Assembly: GCA_021826505.1 (NCBI GenBank)
Contig: JAKAZV010000002.1
Span: forward strand, 231 to 64,230
Reading direction: 5' to 3'
Origin: Acidobacteriota bacterium
GTDB taxonomy: Bacteria; Acidobacteriota; Terriglobia; Terriglobales; SCQP01
DNA: 64,000 nt
The position numbers and the translations under genes are program-made. Positions 28,105-40,100 of the stretch are shown here, in pieces; within the stretch, counting starts at the first letter, position 1; each line of letters starts with the position of its first letter. Under the pieces are notes generated by a model. It was not told where the DNA came from. It ran no database searches and saw nothing but the letters and a program-made list of their open reading frames with translations.

Positions 28105-30605
28105 CGATGCCTGAACGCGAATATCAACCGGAACAGTTTGAACAACGGTGGGCCGAACGCTGGGCCCGGGCGGAGGCATCCGCGCCGGAGGAGACAAAGA
28201 AGAAATATTACGTCCTGGAGATGCTGCCCTATCCCTCGGGGGCGCTGCATATGGGACACGTGCGCAATTACGCCATCGGCGACGCAGTGGCGCGGCAGCT
28301 GCGCATGCGCGGCTTTGACGTGCTGCACCCGATGGGCTGGGACGCGTTTGGCCTGCCCGCCGAAAATGCCGCCATTAAAAACCGGCGGCATCCCCGCGAA
28401 TGGACGCTGGCGAATATCGCGCACATGCGCGAACAGGCGCGGCGTTTTGGCTTCAGCTATGACTGGGGGCGAGAAGTCACTACCTGCCTGCCCGAATATT
28501 ACCGCTGGAACCAATGGCTGTTTTTGAAGTTTTATGAGCGCGGCTGGGCCTATCGCAAGCGCGGCTGGGTGAACTGGTGTCCGCAGTGCGCCACGGTGCT
28601 GGCCAACGAACAGGTGGCCGGAGGAGTCTGCTGGCGCCATGAAGATACGCCGGTCGAGTCGCGCGAGCTGGAACAGTGGTACTTCCGTATTACAGAATTT
28701 GCGGGCGAGCTCTTGCGGGATATTGAAAAGCTGAGCGGATGGCCGGAGCGCGTGCGGGCGATGCAGCGCAACTGGATCGGCGAAAGCCACGGCGCGGAAG
28801 TTGAATTTCAACTGCGGCCGCCAGGGCAGGGAAGCAAGGGTGCGGCGGCGGTTCATGCCGCGCCCGCCTCACTCAAGGTATTTACCACCCGGATTGACAC
28901 GATTTTCGGAGTCTCGGCGCTGGTGCTGGCGCCCCGGCATCCGGCACTGACTGGGATGCTCGCGGCTCCGGAATTGGCGCGCGCCCATGCACTGCAGCCG
29001 GAACGCGGAGCTGCTCCCCTGGGCGTGGAAGCGGAAAAAGAAGGGTTTTTTACCGGCTGGCATGCCGTCAATCCATTTACCGGAAAGCCGGTGCCGGTCT
29101 GGACCGCGAATTTCGTGCTCATGGGCTATGGCACCGGGGTGGTGATGGCCGTGCCGGCGCACGATGAGCGCGATTTTGATTTCTGCCGGAAATATGGCCT
29201 GCCGATTCCCGTGGTGATCCGGCCCCGCGAGAAGGATGCGGAAGCGCCCGCGGATGCCGCCTTTACCGATGAAGGCGTGCTAGCTGATTCGGGCGAGTTC
29301 AGCGGCCTGGACAGCGTGGAAGCACGCAAGCGCATGACGGCCTGGATCGAGTCGCGCCAGCAGGGCCGGGCAACCATCACGTATCGCTTGCAGGATTGGG
29401 GTGTATCCCGTCAACGGTATTGGGGTACGCCGATTCCGTTTGTCTATTGCCAGGGATGCGGATTGGTTCCGGTTCCGGAAGATCAACTGCCGGTGCGGCT
29501 GCCCGAGAATGTGCCGATTTCGGAGCAGGGCGTGGCCAACCTGGCCGGCATTCCGGAGTTTGTCGAAACCACCTGTCCGAAATGCCAAAAGCCGGCCCGG
29601 CGCGAGACCGACACCATGGACACGTTCGTGGATTCGTCCTGGTATTTTTACCGGTATCTCAGCCCGCATTGCGACCGCGCGCCGTTTGATGCCGCAGAAG
29701 CGCGGCGCTGGATGCCGGTGGACCAATATATCGGCGGCATCGAGCATGCCATTCTGCATTTGATTTATGCCCGCTTTTTCACCAAGGCGATGCGCGACCT
29801 CGGCCTGTGCGAAGTACATGAGCCGTTTCAACGACTGTTCACGCAGGGCATGATTACCCGGCATGGCGCCAAAATGTCGAAATCGAAGGGCAATGTGGTG
29901 GACCCGGCCGATCTGATCGCTCGTTATGGGGCCGATGCCACGCGCGCCTATGTTCTTTTTGCCGCCCCGCCGGAGCGGGATTTCGACTGGAATGATCAAG
30001 GAGTGGAAGGCTTATACCGTTTTCTGGGGCGGGTGTACCGGCTGGCGCTGCGGCATGACATGGACGCCGCGGGTCTGCCTGCGGATTTTGAGCCGCAGAA
30101 ATCAGAAGGGACGCTGCTGCGCAAGACGCACCAGACCCTGGCGCGCATCAGCCAGGAATTTGAAAGCCGCTGGCATTTCAACACCTGCCTGGCGGCGATC
30201 ATGGAATTAGTGAATGTATTTTACGAACTGGAGCCGGAAGCCGGGCGCGGCATCCGCGGCGAGGCCTGGCGGGAATGCCTGCGCCTGCTGATGCTGATGC
30301 TGGCGCCGTTTGCGCCTTTTGTCTGCGCCGAAATCTGGCAGGCGTGGGGACTTGAGGGAACGCCCGCGACCCAGGCCTGGCCGCGGCCGAACTCGACCTG
30401 GACGGCGGAAGATGAAATCGAGATTGTGATACAAATCAACGGCAAAGTACGGGCGCACCTGCGCGTGCCGGCCGGCAGTGACGCGGCCGAGCTGGAACGC
30501 CGGGCGCTTGTTTTGCCCGCGGTGCAGACCGCGCTGGCCGGCCGGACTCCGGCGAAGGTGATTGCCGTTGCCGGCCGGCTGGTCAATATCGTGATTCGGC
30601 CCTGA
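28101..30605 (+). CDS. leuS: Leucine--tRNA ligase
   Basis: 834-aa class-I aaRS with the HMGH signature ([15 protein letters not shown]) and the KMSKS motif. Confidence 0.93.
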
Positions 30606-30625
30606 CCGGCCCCCTTGAAGACCCC

Positions 30626-32179
30626 ATGGCCCAGCACTCGACGATTGTCATTCTCGACTTCGGCGCCCAGTACACGCAGCTGATCGCGCGGCGGGTGCGG
30701 GAGTTGAACGTTTATTGCGTGATTTTGCCCTGCACCGCGGCGTGGGAAAAAATTCAAGCCTGCGCCCCGCACGCCATCATTCTTTCCGGCGGCCCGGCTT
30801 CGGTCTATGACGCCGGAGCGCCGAAGGCGGCGCCGGAAATATTTCAGGCGGGCGTGCCGGTGCTGGGCATTTGCTATGGCCTGCAGTATATGGCGCAGCA
30901 GTTCGGCGGGGTGGTGCGCGGCGCCGGGCAGCGGGAGTATGGCCGCGCGCGCATGGAGATTTTAGAAACAGAGCCGCTGTTTACGGGCTTGCCGGCCGAA
31001 CAGAGCGTGTGGATGAGCCACGGCGACTCGGTCGAGAAACTGCCGGAGGGTTTCCGGGTGCTGGCGCGGAGCGGGGAAGTGGTGGCGGCGATCGCGCATC
31101 CCGGCGCGGGCATGTGGGCGGTGCAGTTTCACCCCGAAGTGCGACATACCGAACATGGCCGGCAAATTCTGGCGAATTTTTTGTTCAACATCTGCAAGCT
31201 GAGGCCGGACTGGACGCCGGATGCCTTTGTCGGCGAGCAGATCGAGCGCATTCGCGCCACGGTGGGCCCCAGCGGGCGCGCACTCTGCGCCCTGAGCGGC
31301 GGAGTGGATTCGAGCGTGGCCGCCATGCTGGTGCACCGCGCGATCGGCGACCGGCTGACCTGCGTATTCGTCAATAACGGCTTGCTGCGGCTGCGGGAGT
31401 TTGAGAAAGTGCAGCAGAACCTGCGCCAGCGCCTGGGCTTGAACCTGATCGGGGTGGACAGCGAGGAGCGGTTTTTGCGGCGGCTGGAGGGGGTCAGCGA
31501 TCCAGAACAGAAACGAAAAATCATCGGCGCCGAGTTTATCGCGGTGTTTGAGGAAGAAGCCCGGAAGCTGGCTGGCGCGGCGGGCGCGCCGGAATTTCTG
31601 GTGCAGGGAACCCTGTACCCCGACGTGATCGAGTCGGTTTCCGTGCACGGCCCCTCGGCCGTGATCAAGAGCCACCACAACGTCGGGGGACTGCCCGAGA
31701 AGATGGGCTTTCAACTGCTGGAGCCGCTGCGGCTTTTATTCAAAGACGAGGTCCGGCGCATCGGGCTGGAGCTCGGCATCGCGGAAGAATTGATCTGGCG
31801 GCAGCCCTTTCCCGGACCGGGGCTGGCGGTGCGGATTCTGGGTCCGGTGGACCGGGAAAAAATTGAACTGCTGCAGCGGGCCGATGACATTGCCGGCGAG
31901 GAAATCAAGCGCGCCGGTCTGTACCGCAGCTTATGGCAGTCGTTCATGGTGTTGCTGCCGGTGCGCTCGGTGGGCGTGATGGGGGATTTTCGCACCTACG
32001 GCTATACCGCCGTGCTGCGGGCCGTGCAGTCGGAAGACGGCATGACCGCCGACTGGGCGCGATTGCCGCATGAGCTGCTGGAAGTGATCTCGAACCGCGT
32101 CATCAATGAAGTTCCGGGCATCAATCGCGTGGCGTATGACATCAGCTCGAAGCCGCCGGCGACGATCGAGTGGGAGTAG
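30626..32179 (+). CDS. guaA: Glutamine-hydrolysing GMP synthase
   Basis: 517-aa ORF: GATase domain, ATP-PPase (SGGVDSSV) and a C-terminal dimerisation domain ending in IEWE. Confidence 0.93.
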   Translation: MAQHSTIVILDFGAQYTQLIARRVRELNVYCVILPCTAAWEKIQACAPHAIILSGGPASVYDAGAPKAAPEIFQAGVPVLGICYGLQYMAQQFGGVVRGAGQREYGRARMEILETEPLFTGLPAEQSVWMSHGDSVEKLPEGFRVLARSGEVVAAIAHPGAGMWAVQFHPEVRHTEHGRQILANFLFNICKLRPDWTPDAFVGEQIERIRATVGPSGRALCALSGGVDSSVAAMLVHRAIGDRLTCVFVNNGLLRLREFEKVQQNLRQRLGLNLIGVDSEERFLRRLEGVSDPEQKRKIIGAEFIAVFEEEARKLAGAAGAPEFLVQGTLYPDVIESVSVHGPSAVIKSHHNVGGLPEKMGFQLLEPLRLLFKDEVRRIGLELGIAEELIWRQPFPGPGLAVRILGPVDREKIELLQRADDIAGEEIKRAGLYRSLWQSFMVLLPVRSVGVMGDFRTYGYTAVLRAVQSEDGMTADWARLPHELLEVISNRVINEVPGINRVAYDISSKPPATIEWE

Positions 32180-32180
32180 C

Positions 32181-32199
32181 GCGGCCGGCCGCCTTTTTT
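32181..32199 (+). terminator. Candidate intrinsic terminator after guaA
   Basis: GC-only palindrome GCGGCCGGCCGC, followed by C and a T6 run, starting 2 nt after the guaA stop. Confidence 0.5.
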
Positions 32200-32301
32200 G
32201 CCTCGCCATTGCAGCCTCCAGCCCCGGCTCTAAAAGAGGGCATGCAAGAATTTGTATATTGGCATACTGTTTAGAGACGTGAACGGGCGAAAACTATTTT
32301 C

Positions 32302-32327
32302 GAAACGCACAGACGCCGCGCCGCGTC
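32302..32327 (+). promoter_or_regulatory. Candidate ECF-type promoter (GAAAC-N17-CGTC)
   Basis: GAAAC at 32302-32306 and CGTC at 32324-32327 resemble the GGAAC-N16/17-CGTC ECF consensus. If this promoter is used, the sigma start codon may be the downstream ATG at 32415. Confidence 0.3.
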
Positions 32328-32336
32328 GGATAAAGT

Positions 32337-32963
32337 ATGGAAGCCGTGCTGCAGGGGTACGTCTTGGCTGAGGCGCCAGCAGGATCCGCAACTCATGCCG
32401 GCCAGGCAGAGTTAATGCGGCGCTGCCAGGCGGGCGAAGCGGGCGCCTTTGAAGAGTTCGTCAAGTTTTACCATGGCCGGGTCCATTCGGTCATTTACAG
32501 CATTTTGCGCAATAGCAACGATGCGGAAGATATTGCGCAACAGGTTTTCACCAAAATTTATTTTTCGCTGAAAAAATTCAACTTCCGCTCCGCCGTGAGC
32601 ACCTGGGTTTATAAAATCACGGTCAATGAATGCTACGATCATCTGCGCAAACAGAAGGTGCGGAAAGCGGTTAACCAGGCGGATTTAAGCGAAGAAGAAG
32701 TGGCCCGGCTGGAGAATACCGACTGGCAGGGAACCGGCGGCCCGGCCCGCTTAGAGGCCCAGATGCTGGCGCGGGATACAGTGGCAAAGCTGATGAGCCG
32801 GCTGCCGGAAGAAGACCGCATTCTGCTGGTGCTGAAGGAAGTGGAAGGCTATCCCGTGCATGAGATCGCCGAAATCATCGGGATTAACGAAAATACCGTC
32901 AAAGTGCGCCTGTTCCGGGCGCGGCAAAAACTGCTGCAAACCGCCCGGCGCAAGCGGTTTTAA
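32337..32963 (+). CDS. RNA polymerase ECF (sigma-24 / group IV) sigma factor
   Basis: 208-aa ORF with region 2 (...VYKITVNECYDHLRK...) and region 4 (...EVEGYPVHEIAEIIGINENTVKVRLFRARQKL...). Confidence 0.85.
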   Translation: MEAVLQGYVLAEAPAGSATHAGQAELMRRCQAGEAGAFEEFVKFYHGRVHSVIYSILRNSNDAEDIAQQVFTKIYFSLKKFNFRSAVSTWVYKITVNECYDHLRKQKVRKAVNQADLSEEEVARLENTDWQGTGGPARLEAQMLARDTVAKLMSRLPEEDRILLVLKEVEGYPVHEIAEIIGINENTVKVRLFRARQKLLQTARRKRF

Positions 32964-32975
32964 ACGGATGCAGCC

Positions 32976-33446
32976 ATGACATGCCGAAAGTTTCGCCTCG
33001 CAATCGAAAGCCGGAATGAAGCCAGCGGCGCAGCGCGCCTGCCCGCCGCGCTGCAGGCGCATGCCGATTCCTGCGCAGCATGCCGCTCGGCTTACCGCGA
33101 CTGGCTGATCAGCCGGTCCTGGCTGCAGTCGCTGGAGAGCCGGCCGGAGCGCGATGAGAACGCGGCGGAGCATTTCTGGCTGCAGCTGCAAGCCCGCCTG
33201 CGCCAGCCGCCGGAGCCGGAATGGAAAAGCTGGCTGCGGGTTCCGGTCTTTACCCGGGACCTGGTGATGGCCGCCGCCGCCTTATTGCTGCTGACCGGCG
33301 TGTTTACCTACAATGTCAAACGGCTGGAAACGCCGAGCATGGGCGAGGCGATTGCCCTGGATGCGCCGCATGTGCATGCCCGCCATCCCTATCTGGATCA
33401 TCAGCGCAAACCGGAAGACGTTCTGCTGAGTGTGATGACGCGATGA
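32976..33446 (+). CDS. Anti-sigma factor (zf-HC2 type, single TM)
   Basis: 156-aa ORF directly after the ECF sigma gene. H-x3-C-x2-C motif (HADSCAAC) and one TM helix (VMAAAALLLLTGVFTY). Confidence 0.7.
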   Translation: MTCRKFRLAIESRNEASGAARLPAALQAHADSCAACRSAYRDWLISRSWLQSLESRPERDENAAEHFWLQLQARLRQPPEPEWKSWLRVPVFTRDLVMAAAALLLLTGVFTYNVKRLETPSMGEAIALDAPHVHARHPYLDHQRKPEDVLLSVMTR

Positions 33447-33880
33447 AAACACGCAACATCATTTATCTGCTCGTGATTTTCGCCTGCGGGCTGCTGATCG
33501 GCGCCACTTTGATGGATTTAGCCGAACACAACTGGCTGCACAAGATTCCGCGTTCTGAAGTGGATATTCGCCAGCACCGGCGGATTGCCCGCGAAATGGC
33601 CAAGCGGCTGGATTTGAATCCGGCGCAGCAGGCGGCCGTGGACCGGATTCTGCGCCACACCGTGCACGCCTATCTGCTGATTGAAAAGCAGGTTTCACCG
33701 CAGTTTGCGGCGGTGCGGGAGCGGGGACGGCAGCAAATCCGCGCCATACTGACCCCGGCGCAACGGATGAAGTTCGACCAGATGGTGGCCCAGATTGACC
33801 AGCGGGAACCCTCGATCGAACGCTCGCCGGCGATTCCGCAGACCATTCCAATGCAGCCGGCCAGGAATGTAAGCCACTGA
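33443..33880 (+). CDS. Periplasmic Spy/CpxP-like (LTXXQ-motif) protein
   Basis: 145 aa from the ATG at 33443 (ATGA overlap with the anti-sigma stop). N-terminal TM/signal segment. LNPAQQ and LTPAQR motifs. Confidence 0.6.
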   Translation: MKTRNIIYLLVIFACGLLIGATLMDLAEHNWLHKIPRSEVDIRQHRRIAREMAKRLDLNPAQQAAVDRILRHTVHAYLLIEKQVSPQFAAVRERGRQQIRAILTPAQRMKFDQMVAQIDQREPSIERSPAIPQTIPMQPARNVSH

Positions 33881-33927
33881 AAGAGGGAGGCAGGGGCAAA
33901 TTTCAGGGAAACAGGCGCCCGGCTTTA

Positions 33928-33955
33928 ATGTCCGATAATATGTATTATGTTAACT
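33928..33955. other. dif: Candidate chromosome dimer resolution site (dif) for XerC/XerD
   Basis: ATGTCCGATAA-TATGTA-TTATGTTAACT. The right arm matches the E. coli XerD arm TTATGTTAAAT at 10/11 positions. ATAA/TTAT flank a 6-bp centre. Lies in the gap between convergent transcription units and overlaps the RND gene stop codon. Confidence 0.6.
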
Positions 33956-36900
33956 TTTAGCCGGGGCCGGGATTGGGGGGCTCACGCGGCGGTGTTTCAG
34001 CGCCCACAACCGCAAACGGTCCATGTACAGGTAGATCACCGGGGTGGTAAATAAAGTCAGCAACTGCGAAACCAGCAGACCGCCAACGATGGTCACCCCC
34101 AGCGGCTGGCGAAATTCCGATCCCATGCCGGTGCCCACCGCCAGCGGCAAGGCTCCGAACATGGCGGCCAGCGTGGTCATCAGGATGGGCCGGAAGCGCA
34201 GCACGGCGGCTTCATAAATGGCTTCATCGGGTGAGCGCTGCTTTTTGCGCTCGGCATCGAGGGCGAAATCAATCATGATGATGGCGTTTTTCTTTACAAT
34301 CCCGATCAACAGCAAAATGCCGATCAGGGCGATCACCGTGAGCTGGAGATGAAACACCAGCAGCGCCAGCAAAGCTCCCACGCCGGCCGAAGGCAGCGTG
34401 GACAATATGGTGATGGGGTGAATATAGCTTTCGTAAAGGATGCCGAGGACAAGGTAAACCGCGATCAGGGCGGCGGCGATCAGATAAGGCTCATTGGCCA
34501 GCGAAACCTGAAATTGCTGGGCGGTACCGGCAAAGCTGGCTTTTAATCCCGGCGGCGGATGAAGACGCGCCTCGGCGGCGGTGACGGCCGTGACCGCGGC
34601 GCCCAGCGAGGATTTACGGGCGAGATTGAACGATAAAGTCACCGCCGGCAATTGCCCCTGATGATTGACCTGGAGGGCGGTATTGCTGGGGACGGCCCGC
34701 ACCAACTCCTTCAGCGGGATCATCGTTCCGGAACTCGCCGGCACATAAAGCTCGCTGAGCACGCCGGGATCGCGGCGGAAAGATCGCGGCACGGTCAGCA
34801 CGACATGATACTGATTCAGGCCGGTGTAGATGGTGGAGACTTCGGCCTGGCCGAAGGCGTCATACAGGGTGCGATCCACCGACTGCATGGGCACACCCAG
34901 CCGGGCGGCGAGAGACCGGTTCACGATCAGGCGCAGCTCCAGGCCGGAATATTGCTGATCGGTATTCACATCGCGGAGCATGGGCAGCTTGCGCAGGGCG
35001 GCGAGTATGCGCGGTGACCACTGCCGAAGCTCCGTGAGGTTGTCATCTTCCAGCGTGTACTGATATTGCGAACCGGTGAGGCGCCCGCCAATGTTGATGT
35101 CCTGAATCGGCTGCATGAACAGGCGCACGCCGGGAATGCGGGTCAGGCGCGGCCGCATCTGGGCGATAAAGGCTGCCGAGCTGATCTTGCGCTGGCTGAG
35201 CGGCTTGAGCTGGATAAACATCCGGCCGATGTTCAGTCCCCCGCCCCCGCCGGTAAACGAAGCAACGGTTTTCACGGCGGGGTTTTTCAGCACGATATCC
35301 ACCAATTGCTTCTGCTTGCGGGCCATGGCGTGAAAGGAAATATCCTGCTCCGCCTGGACCATGCCCATCACGCGGCCGGTATCTTCCTGGGGGAAAAATC
35401 CTTTGGGAACGGCGATGTAAAGATATACGGTGAGAATGGCGGTGGCGATGGTGACGGCCAGGGTCAGCGGCGCGTGGCGCAGGACCCAGCGCAACGCTGC
35501 GGCATACGCGTTGCGCAGCCGTTCGAAGCCGCTTTCCGCGGCCCGGTACAGCCAGTTATGCCGGCGCCCTTTTTCCTGCTGCAGAAAATGGGCGCAGAGC
35601 ATGGGCGTGGTGGTCAGCGACAGCCAGAGGGAAACCAGAATGGCCACGCTCAGGGTGACGGCGAATTCGCGAAACAGACGCCCGACGATGCCGCGCATCA
35701 GCAGCACGGGAATGAAGACCGCGATCAGCGAAGTGCTCATCGAGAGCACGGTAAAGCCGATTTCACGGGCGCCGTGCAAGGCGGCCTGAAAAGGCGTATC
35801 GCCGGCGTCCAGATAACGGTCAATATTTTCGATGACCACGATGGCGTCATCCACCACGAAGCCAGTGGAAATGGTCAGCGCCATGAGCGATAAATTGTCG
35901 AGGCTGTAGCCCAGCAGGTACATGAAGGCCAGCGTGCCCATCACCGAAAGCGGCAGCGCGATGCTGGGTATGGCAGTGGCGCGGGGATTGCGGAGGAAAA
36001 AGAATATCACCAGGACCACCAGCACGAGGGCGACCAGCAGCGTCCATTCGACGTCGCGGACGGATGAACGGATCTCAAGCGAACGGTCGGAAAAGACGCG
36101 CATGTGAATGGCGGCGGGAATGGCGGCCTGCAGGCTGGGCAGCAGCGCCTTGATGCGATCCACCATGCGCACGATGTTGGCGCCCGGCTGCTGCACGATG
36201 AAGACAATCACGGCGTGATGGCCGTTGGCCAACCCGGCGACCTCGGTGTTGAGGACGCTGTCGCGCACCGTGCCGATATCCTTCAGCAGCACCGGCGAAC
36301 CGTTGCGATACGAGACCACCAGGCCGCGATACTGGGCGGCCCGCACCTGCTGATCGTTGGCGGAGATGGTATAGCTATGGCGGCCGTTCCAGAGCATGCC
36401 CTTCGGCAGATTCACATTGGCCGCCGAGAGCGCCGCCTGCACCTGGAGCAGGCTCAGGCCGTAGCTGGCCAGCCGGGCCGGATTCACGGTGACGCGGACG
36501 GCGGGCTGGGCGGCGCCGGAGACGAAGACTTCGCCCACGTCCGGAACCTGGGCGATTTTTTGCGCCAGCACGCTGTCGGCGGCGTCATAAATCTGCGGCA
36601 ACGCGAGAGTCGGCGAGCTCAGCACCAGCAGCAGAGCGGGCGCATTAGCGGGGTTGACCTCGCGGTAGGTGGGCTTCATCGGCAGATCGGCGGGCAGATT
36701 GGCGGTGGCGGCGTTGATGGCGGCCTGGACGTCGCGGGCGGCGCCGTTAATATTGCGGCTGAGGGCGAACTGGAGGGTGATATTGGTGCTGCCGAGCGAA
36801 CTGCTGGAGGTCATTTCGGTGAGCCCGGCGATGCGGCCGAACTGACGTTCCAGCGGGGCGGCGACCGAGGAGGCCATGACCTCGGGGCTGGCGCCGGGCA

Positions 36901-37051
36901 GGCCCGCGCCCACCGAGATGGTGGGAAACTCGACCCGCGGCAACGGCGCCACCGGCAGGAGCCAGTAACCGCCGATGCCGGCCAGCAGCAAAGCCAGGCT
37001 GAGCAGCGCGGTGGCGACCGGACGCCGGATAAAGATTTCACTGAAGCTCAC
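33950..37051 (-). CDS. Efflux RND transporter permease (MdtC-like)
   Basis: 1033-aa 12-TM AcrB/HAE1-type ORF. Third gene of the MFP-RND-RND operon. Confidence 0.88.
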   Translation of the reverse strand: MSFSEIFIRRPVATALLSLALLLAGIGGYWLLPVAPLPRVEFPTISVGAGLPGASPEVMASSVAAPLERQFGRIAGLTEMTSSSSLGSTNITLQFALSRNINGAARDVQAAINAATANLPADLPMKPTYREVNPANAPALLLVLSSPTLALPQIYDAADSVLAQKIAQVPDVGEVFVSGAAQPAVRVTVNPARLASYGLSLLQVQAALSAANVNLPKGMLWNGRHSYTISANDQQVRAAQYRGLVVSYRNGSPVLLKDIGTVRDSVLNTEVAGLANGHHAVIVFIVQQPGANIVRMVDRIKALLPSLQAAIPAAIHMRVFSDRSLEIRSSVRDVEWTLLVALVLVVLVIFFFLRNPRATAIPSIALPLSVMGTLAFMYLLGYSLDNLSLMALTISTGFVVDDAIVVIENIDRYLDAGDTPFQAALHGAREIGFTVLSMSTSLIAVFIPVLLMRGIVGRLFREFAVTLSVAILVSLWLSLTTTPMLCAHFLQQEKGRRHNWLYRAAESGFERLRNAYAAALRWVLRHAPLTLAVTIATAILTVYLYIAVPKGFFPQEDTGRVMGMVQAEQDISFHAMARKQKQLVDIVLKNPAVKTVASFTGGGGGLNIGRMFIQLKPLSQRKISSAAFIAQMRPRLTRIPGVRLFMQPIQDINIGGRLTGSQYQYTLEDDNLTELRQWSPRILAALRKLPMLRDVNTDQQYSGLELRLIVNRSLAARLGVPMQSVDRTLYDAFGQAEVSTIYTGLNQYHVVLTVPRSFRRDPGVLSELYVPASSGTMIPLKELVRAVPSNTALQVNHQGQLPAVTLSFNLARKSSLGAAVTAVTAAEARLHPPPGLKASFAGTAQQFQVSLANEPYLIAAALIAVYLVLGILYESYIHPITILSTLPSAGVGALLALLVFHLQLTVIALIGILLLIGIVKKNAIIMIDFALDAERKKQRSPDEAIYEAAVLRFRPILMTTLAAMFGALPLAVGTGMGSEFRQPLGVTIVGGLLVSQLLTLFTTPVIYLYMDRLRLWALKHRRVSPPIPAPAKS

Positions 37052-37114
37052 AGGCTTAACTCAACGCGAGGCGGGAGTTTTGCGCATGGCGATTCCCTGC
37101 CCCGACTGCGATTT

Positions 37115-40100
37115 TCAACTCTCACTGGGCGCCGGCTCGCCGGCGGGCACGTCGAAGCGCCGCGCCAGGCGGTCAAAGGCCAGATAGACCACGGGGGTGG
37201 TGAACAGGGTCAGCACCTGCGACACCATCAAGCCGCCGATGATGGTGATGCCCAGCGGGTGCCGCAGCTCCGAACCGGTGCCGCGGCCGAGCGCCAAAGG
37301 CAATGCGCCCAGCATGGCCGCCATGGTGGTCATCAGAATCGGCCGGAAGCGCAGCACGGCGGCCTGGAAAATGGCCTCGGGCGCGGGTTTTTTTTCATCC
37401 CGCTCGGCCTGCAGGGCGAAATCAATCATCATAATCGCGTTTTTTTGCACGATGCCGATCAGCAGAATCAGGCCGATGATGGCGACAATATCGAGATCGA
37501 GGTGAAACAGCATCAGCGCCAGCAAAGCGCCCACCCCGGCCGAGGGCAGAGTGGAAAGAATCGTGATGGGATGGATAAAGCTCTCGTACAGAATGCCCAG
37601 CACGATATAGACGGTGATGATGGCGGCCAGAATCAGCCAGGGCTCGTTGGCGAGGGAGTTAATCAGCGCCTGCGCTGTGCCTTCGAAGTGGCCGCGCAGG
37701 CTGAAAGGCAGATGCAAGCCGGCGATGGCGGATTGAATTTGCGTAATCGCCTGGCCCAGCGAGGCGCCGCGGGCCAGATTGAACGACAAGGTCACGGCGG
37801 GAAACTCGCCATAGTGACTGATGACCAGGGGCTGGGTTTCGAGCCGGACCCGGGCAAACGCGGCCAGCGGCACCTGGGCTCCGCCGGCCGCGCCCACGTA
37901 GAGCGACCCCAGGGCGCCGGGATTCCGGCTGAAGCGATGGGCATTTTCCAGAATCACGTGGTACTGATTATCCTGGGTGAAAATGGTCGAGACCTGGCGC
38001 TGTCCATAAGCGTCGTAGAGGGTATTGTCAATGGCGGCGGGTGTGATGCCCAGCCGGGCGGCGGTGGCGCGGTCAAAGTCAATGCGGGCGGAGAGGCCGC
38101 CGGGCTGCTCATCGGTCGCCACGTCGCGCAGGGCGGGAAGCCGGCGCAGCCGCGCCAGCACGCGGGGCGCGTAGCGGGCCAACTCGGCGGCATTGGCGTC
38201 ATCGAGGGCATACTGATACAAAGTGCGGCTGACCTGATCGTTGACGGTAAGCTCCTGCACCGGCTGCATGAATAACTGAATGCCGGGCACGCGCGCCAGC
38301 CGCGGGCGCAACTGGCGGATGATCTGCATGGCCGAAAGCGAACGCTGGGCGCGCGGCTTTAAATTAATCTGAATGCGGCCGCTGTTGAGGGTGGTATTGA
38401 CGCCGTCAATGCCGATAAATGACGAAACATTGGCCACCGCCGGATTGCGGAGCAGCACTTTGACCAGCGCCTGCTGGCGCTTCGCCATCTGGGGAAACGA
38501 AACCTGGGGCGGCGCCTGGGAAATCCCCAGTATTTCGCCGGTATCCTGCTGCGGGAAAAACCCTTTGGGAATGATCCAGAACAACCAGAGCGTGAGCCCC
38601 AGCGTGGCCACGGTGACGACCAGCGTGGCGGGCTGATGGCGCAAGACCCGGCGCAGCAGGGCGGCGTAACCGTCAACGCATTTTTGCCACCAGCGTTCGG
38701 TGAGGTGATAGAAGCGCCCGCGGCTTACCTGTTCGGGCGGGCGCAGCAGGCGCGCCGCCAGCATGGGCGTCAGGGTCAGGGATATGAGCGCGGAAAAAAC
38801 GATAGTGGCGGCCAGGGTGAGGGCAAATTCGCGAAACAGGCGGCCGACGATGTCGCCCATGAACAAAAGCGGAATGAGAACCGCGATGAGCGAGACGGTG
38901 AGCGAAATAATCGTGAAGCCGATCTGTTCGGCGCCGCGCAGGGCGGCCTGCAGCGGGGGTTCGCCGGCTTCGAGAAAGCGGGCGATATTTTCGGTCATGA
39001 CAATGGCGTCGTCGGCCACGAAACCGGTCGAGATGGTCAGCGCCATGAGCGAAAGATTATCGAGGCTGAAGCCGAGCAGATACATGACGCCAAAGGCGGC
39101 CACGATGGAAAGCGGCACGGCCACGCCCGGGATCAAGGTGCCGGGAATGGTCCGCAGGAACAGGAAAATCACGAGCACGACCAGCGCGATGGTCAGCAGG
39201 AGCTCCATTTGCACATCGCGCACCGAGGCGCGGATGGTGTTGGTGCGGTCGGAGACGATGGCGATTTTGAGCTGCGGCGGAATTGCGGCCCGCAACTGCG
39301 GCAGCAGCGCCTTGACGCGGGCGACCACGGCCAGCACGTTGGCATTGGGCTGGCGCTCGACATTGAGCAGCACCGCCGGCTGGGCATCCTGCCAGGCCGC
39401 GAGCTGGGAATTTTCCACGCTGTTGACGACCGTGGCCACGCTGTCCAGACGCACCGGCGCGCCGTTCCGATAGGCCACCACCAGGCGCCGGTACTGGCGG
39501 GCGCTGGTGAGCTGATCATTGGTCGAGATCGCGTAATTTTGCCGCGGGCCGTCGAGATTTCCCTTGGGCTGATCAATGTTGGCGGCATCAATGGCCGTGC
39601 GCAGGTTTTCGAGGCTCAGCCCGTAGCTGGCCATCTGGCCGGGATTGGCCTGTATCCGCACCGCCGGGCGCTGACCACCGCTGATGGTGACCAGGCCCAC
39701 GCCGGAAAGCTGCGATATTTTCTGCGCCAGCAGCGTATCGGCGAAATTTTCCACCTGAGACAATGGCAGCCGCGACGAAGTCAGCGCCAACGTCAGCACC
39801 GGGGCATCGGCGGGATTGGTTTTGCTGTAGATGGGCGGCGAGGGCAGATCGGCGGGCAGATAGCTGCTGGCGGCGTTAATGGCAGCCTGCACCTCCTGCT
39901 CGGCGACATCAATGTTCTGGCTGAGATCGAACTGGAGCAGGATGACGGAGCTGCTATAGGAACTGGTCGAAGTCATCTGGCTCAGGCCGGGAATTTCTCC
40001 AAACTGCCGCTCGAGCGGCGTGGTCACCGCCGATTCCATGACCCGGGGGCCAGCGCCGGGGTAGGAAGTGACAATCTGGATGGTGGGATACTCAACCTCG

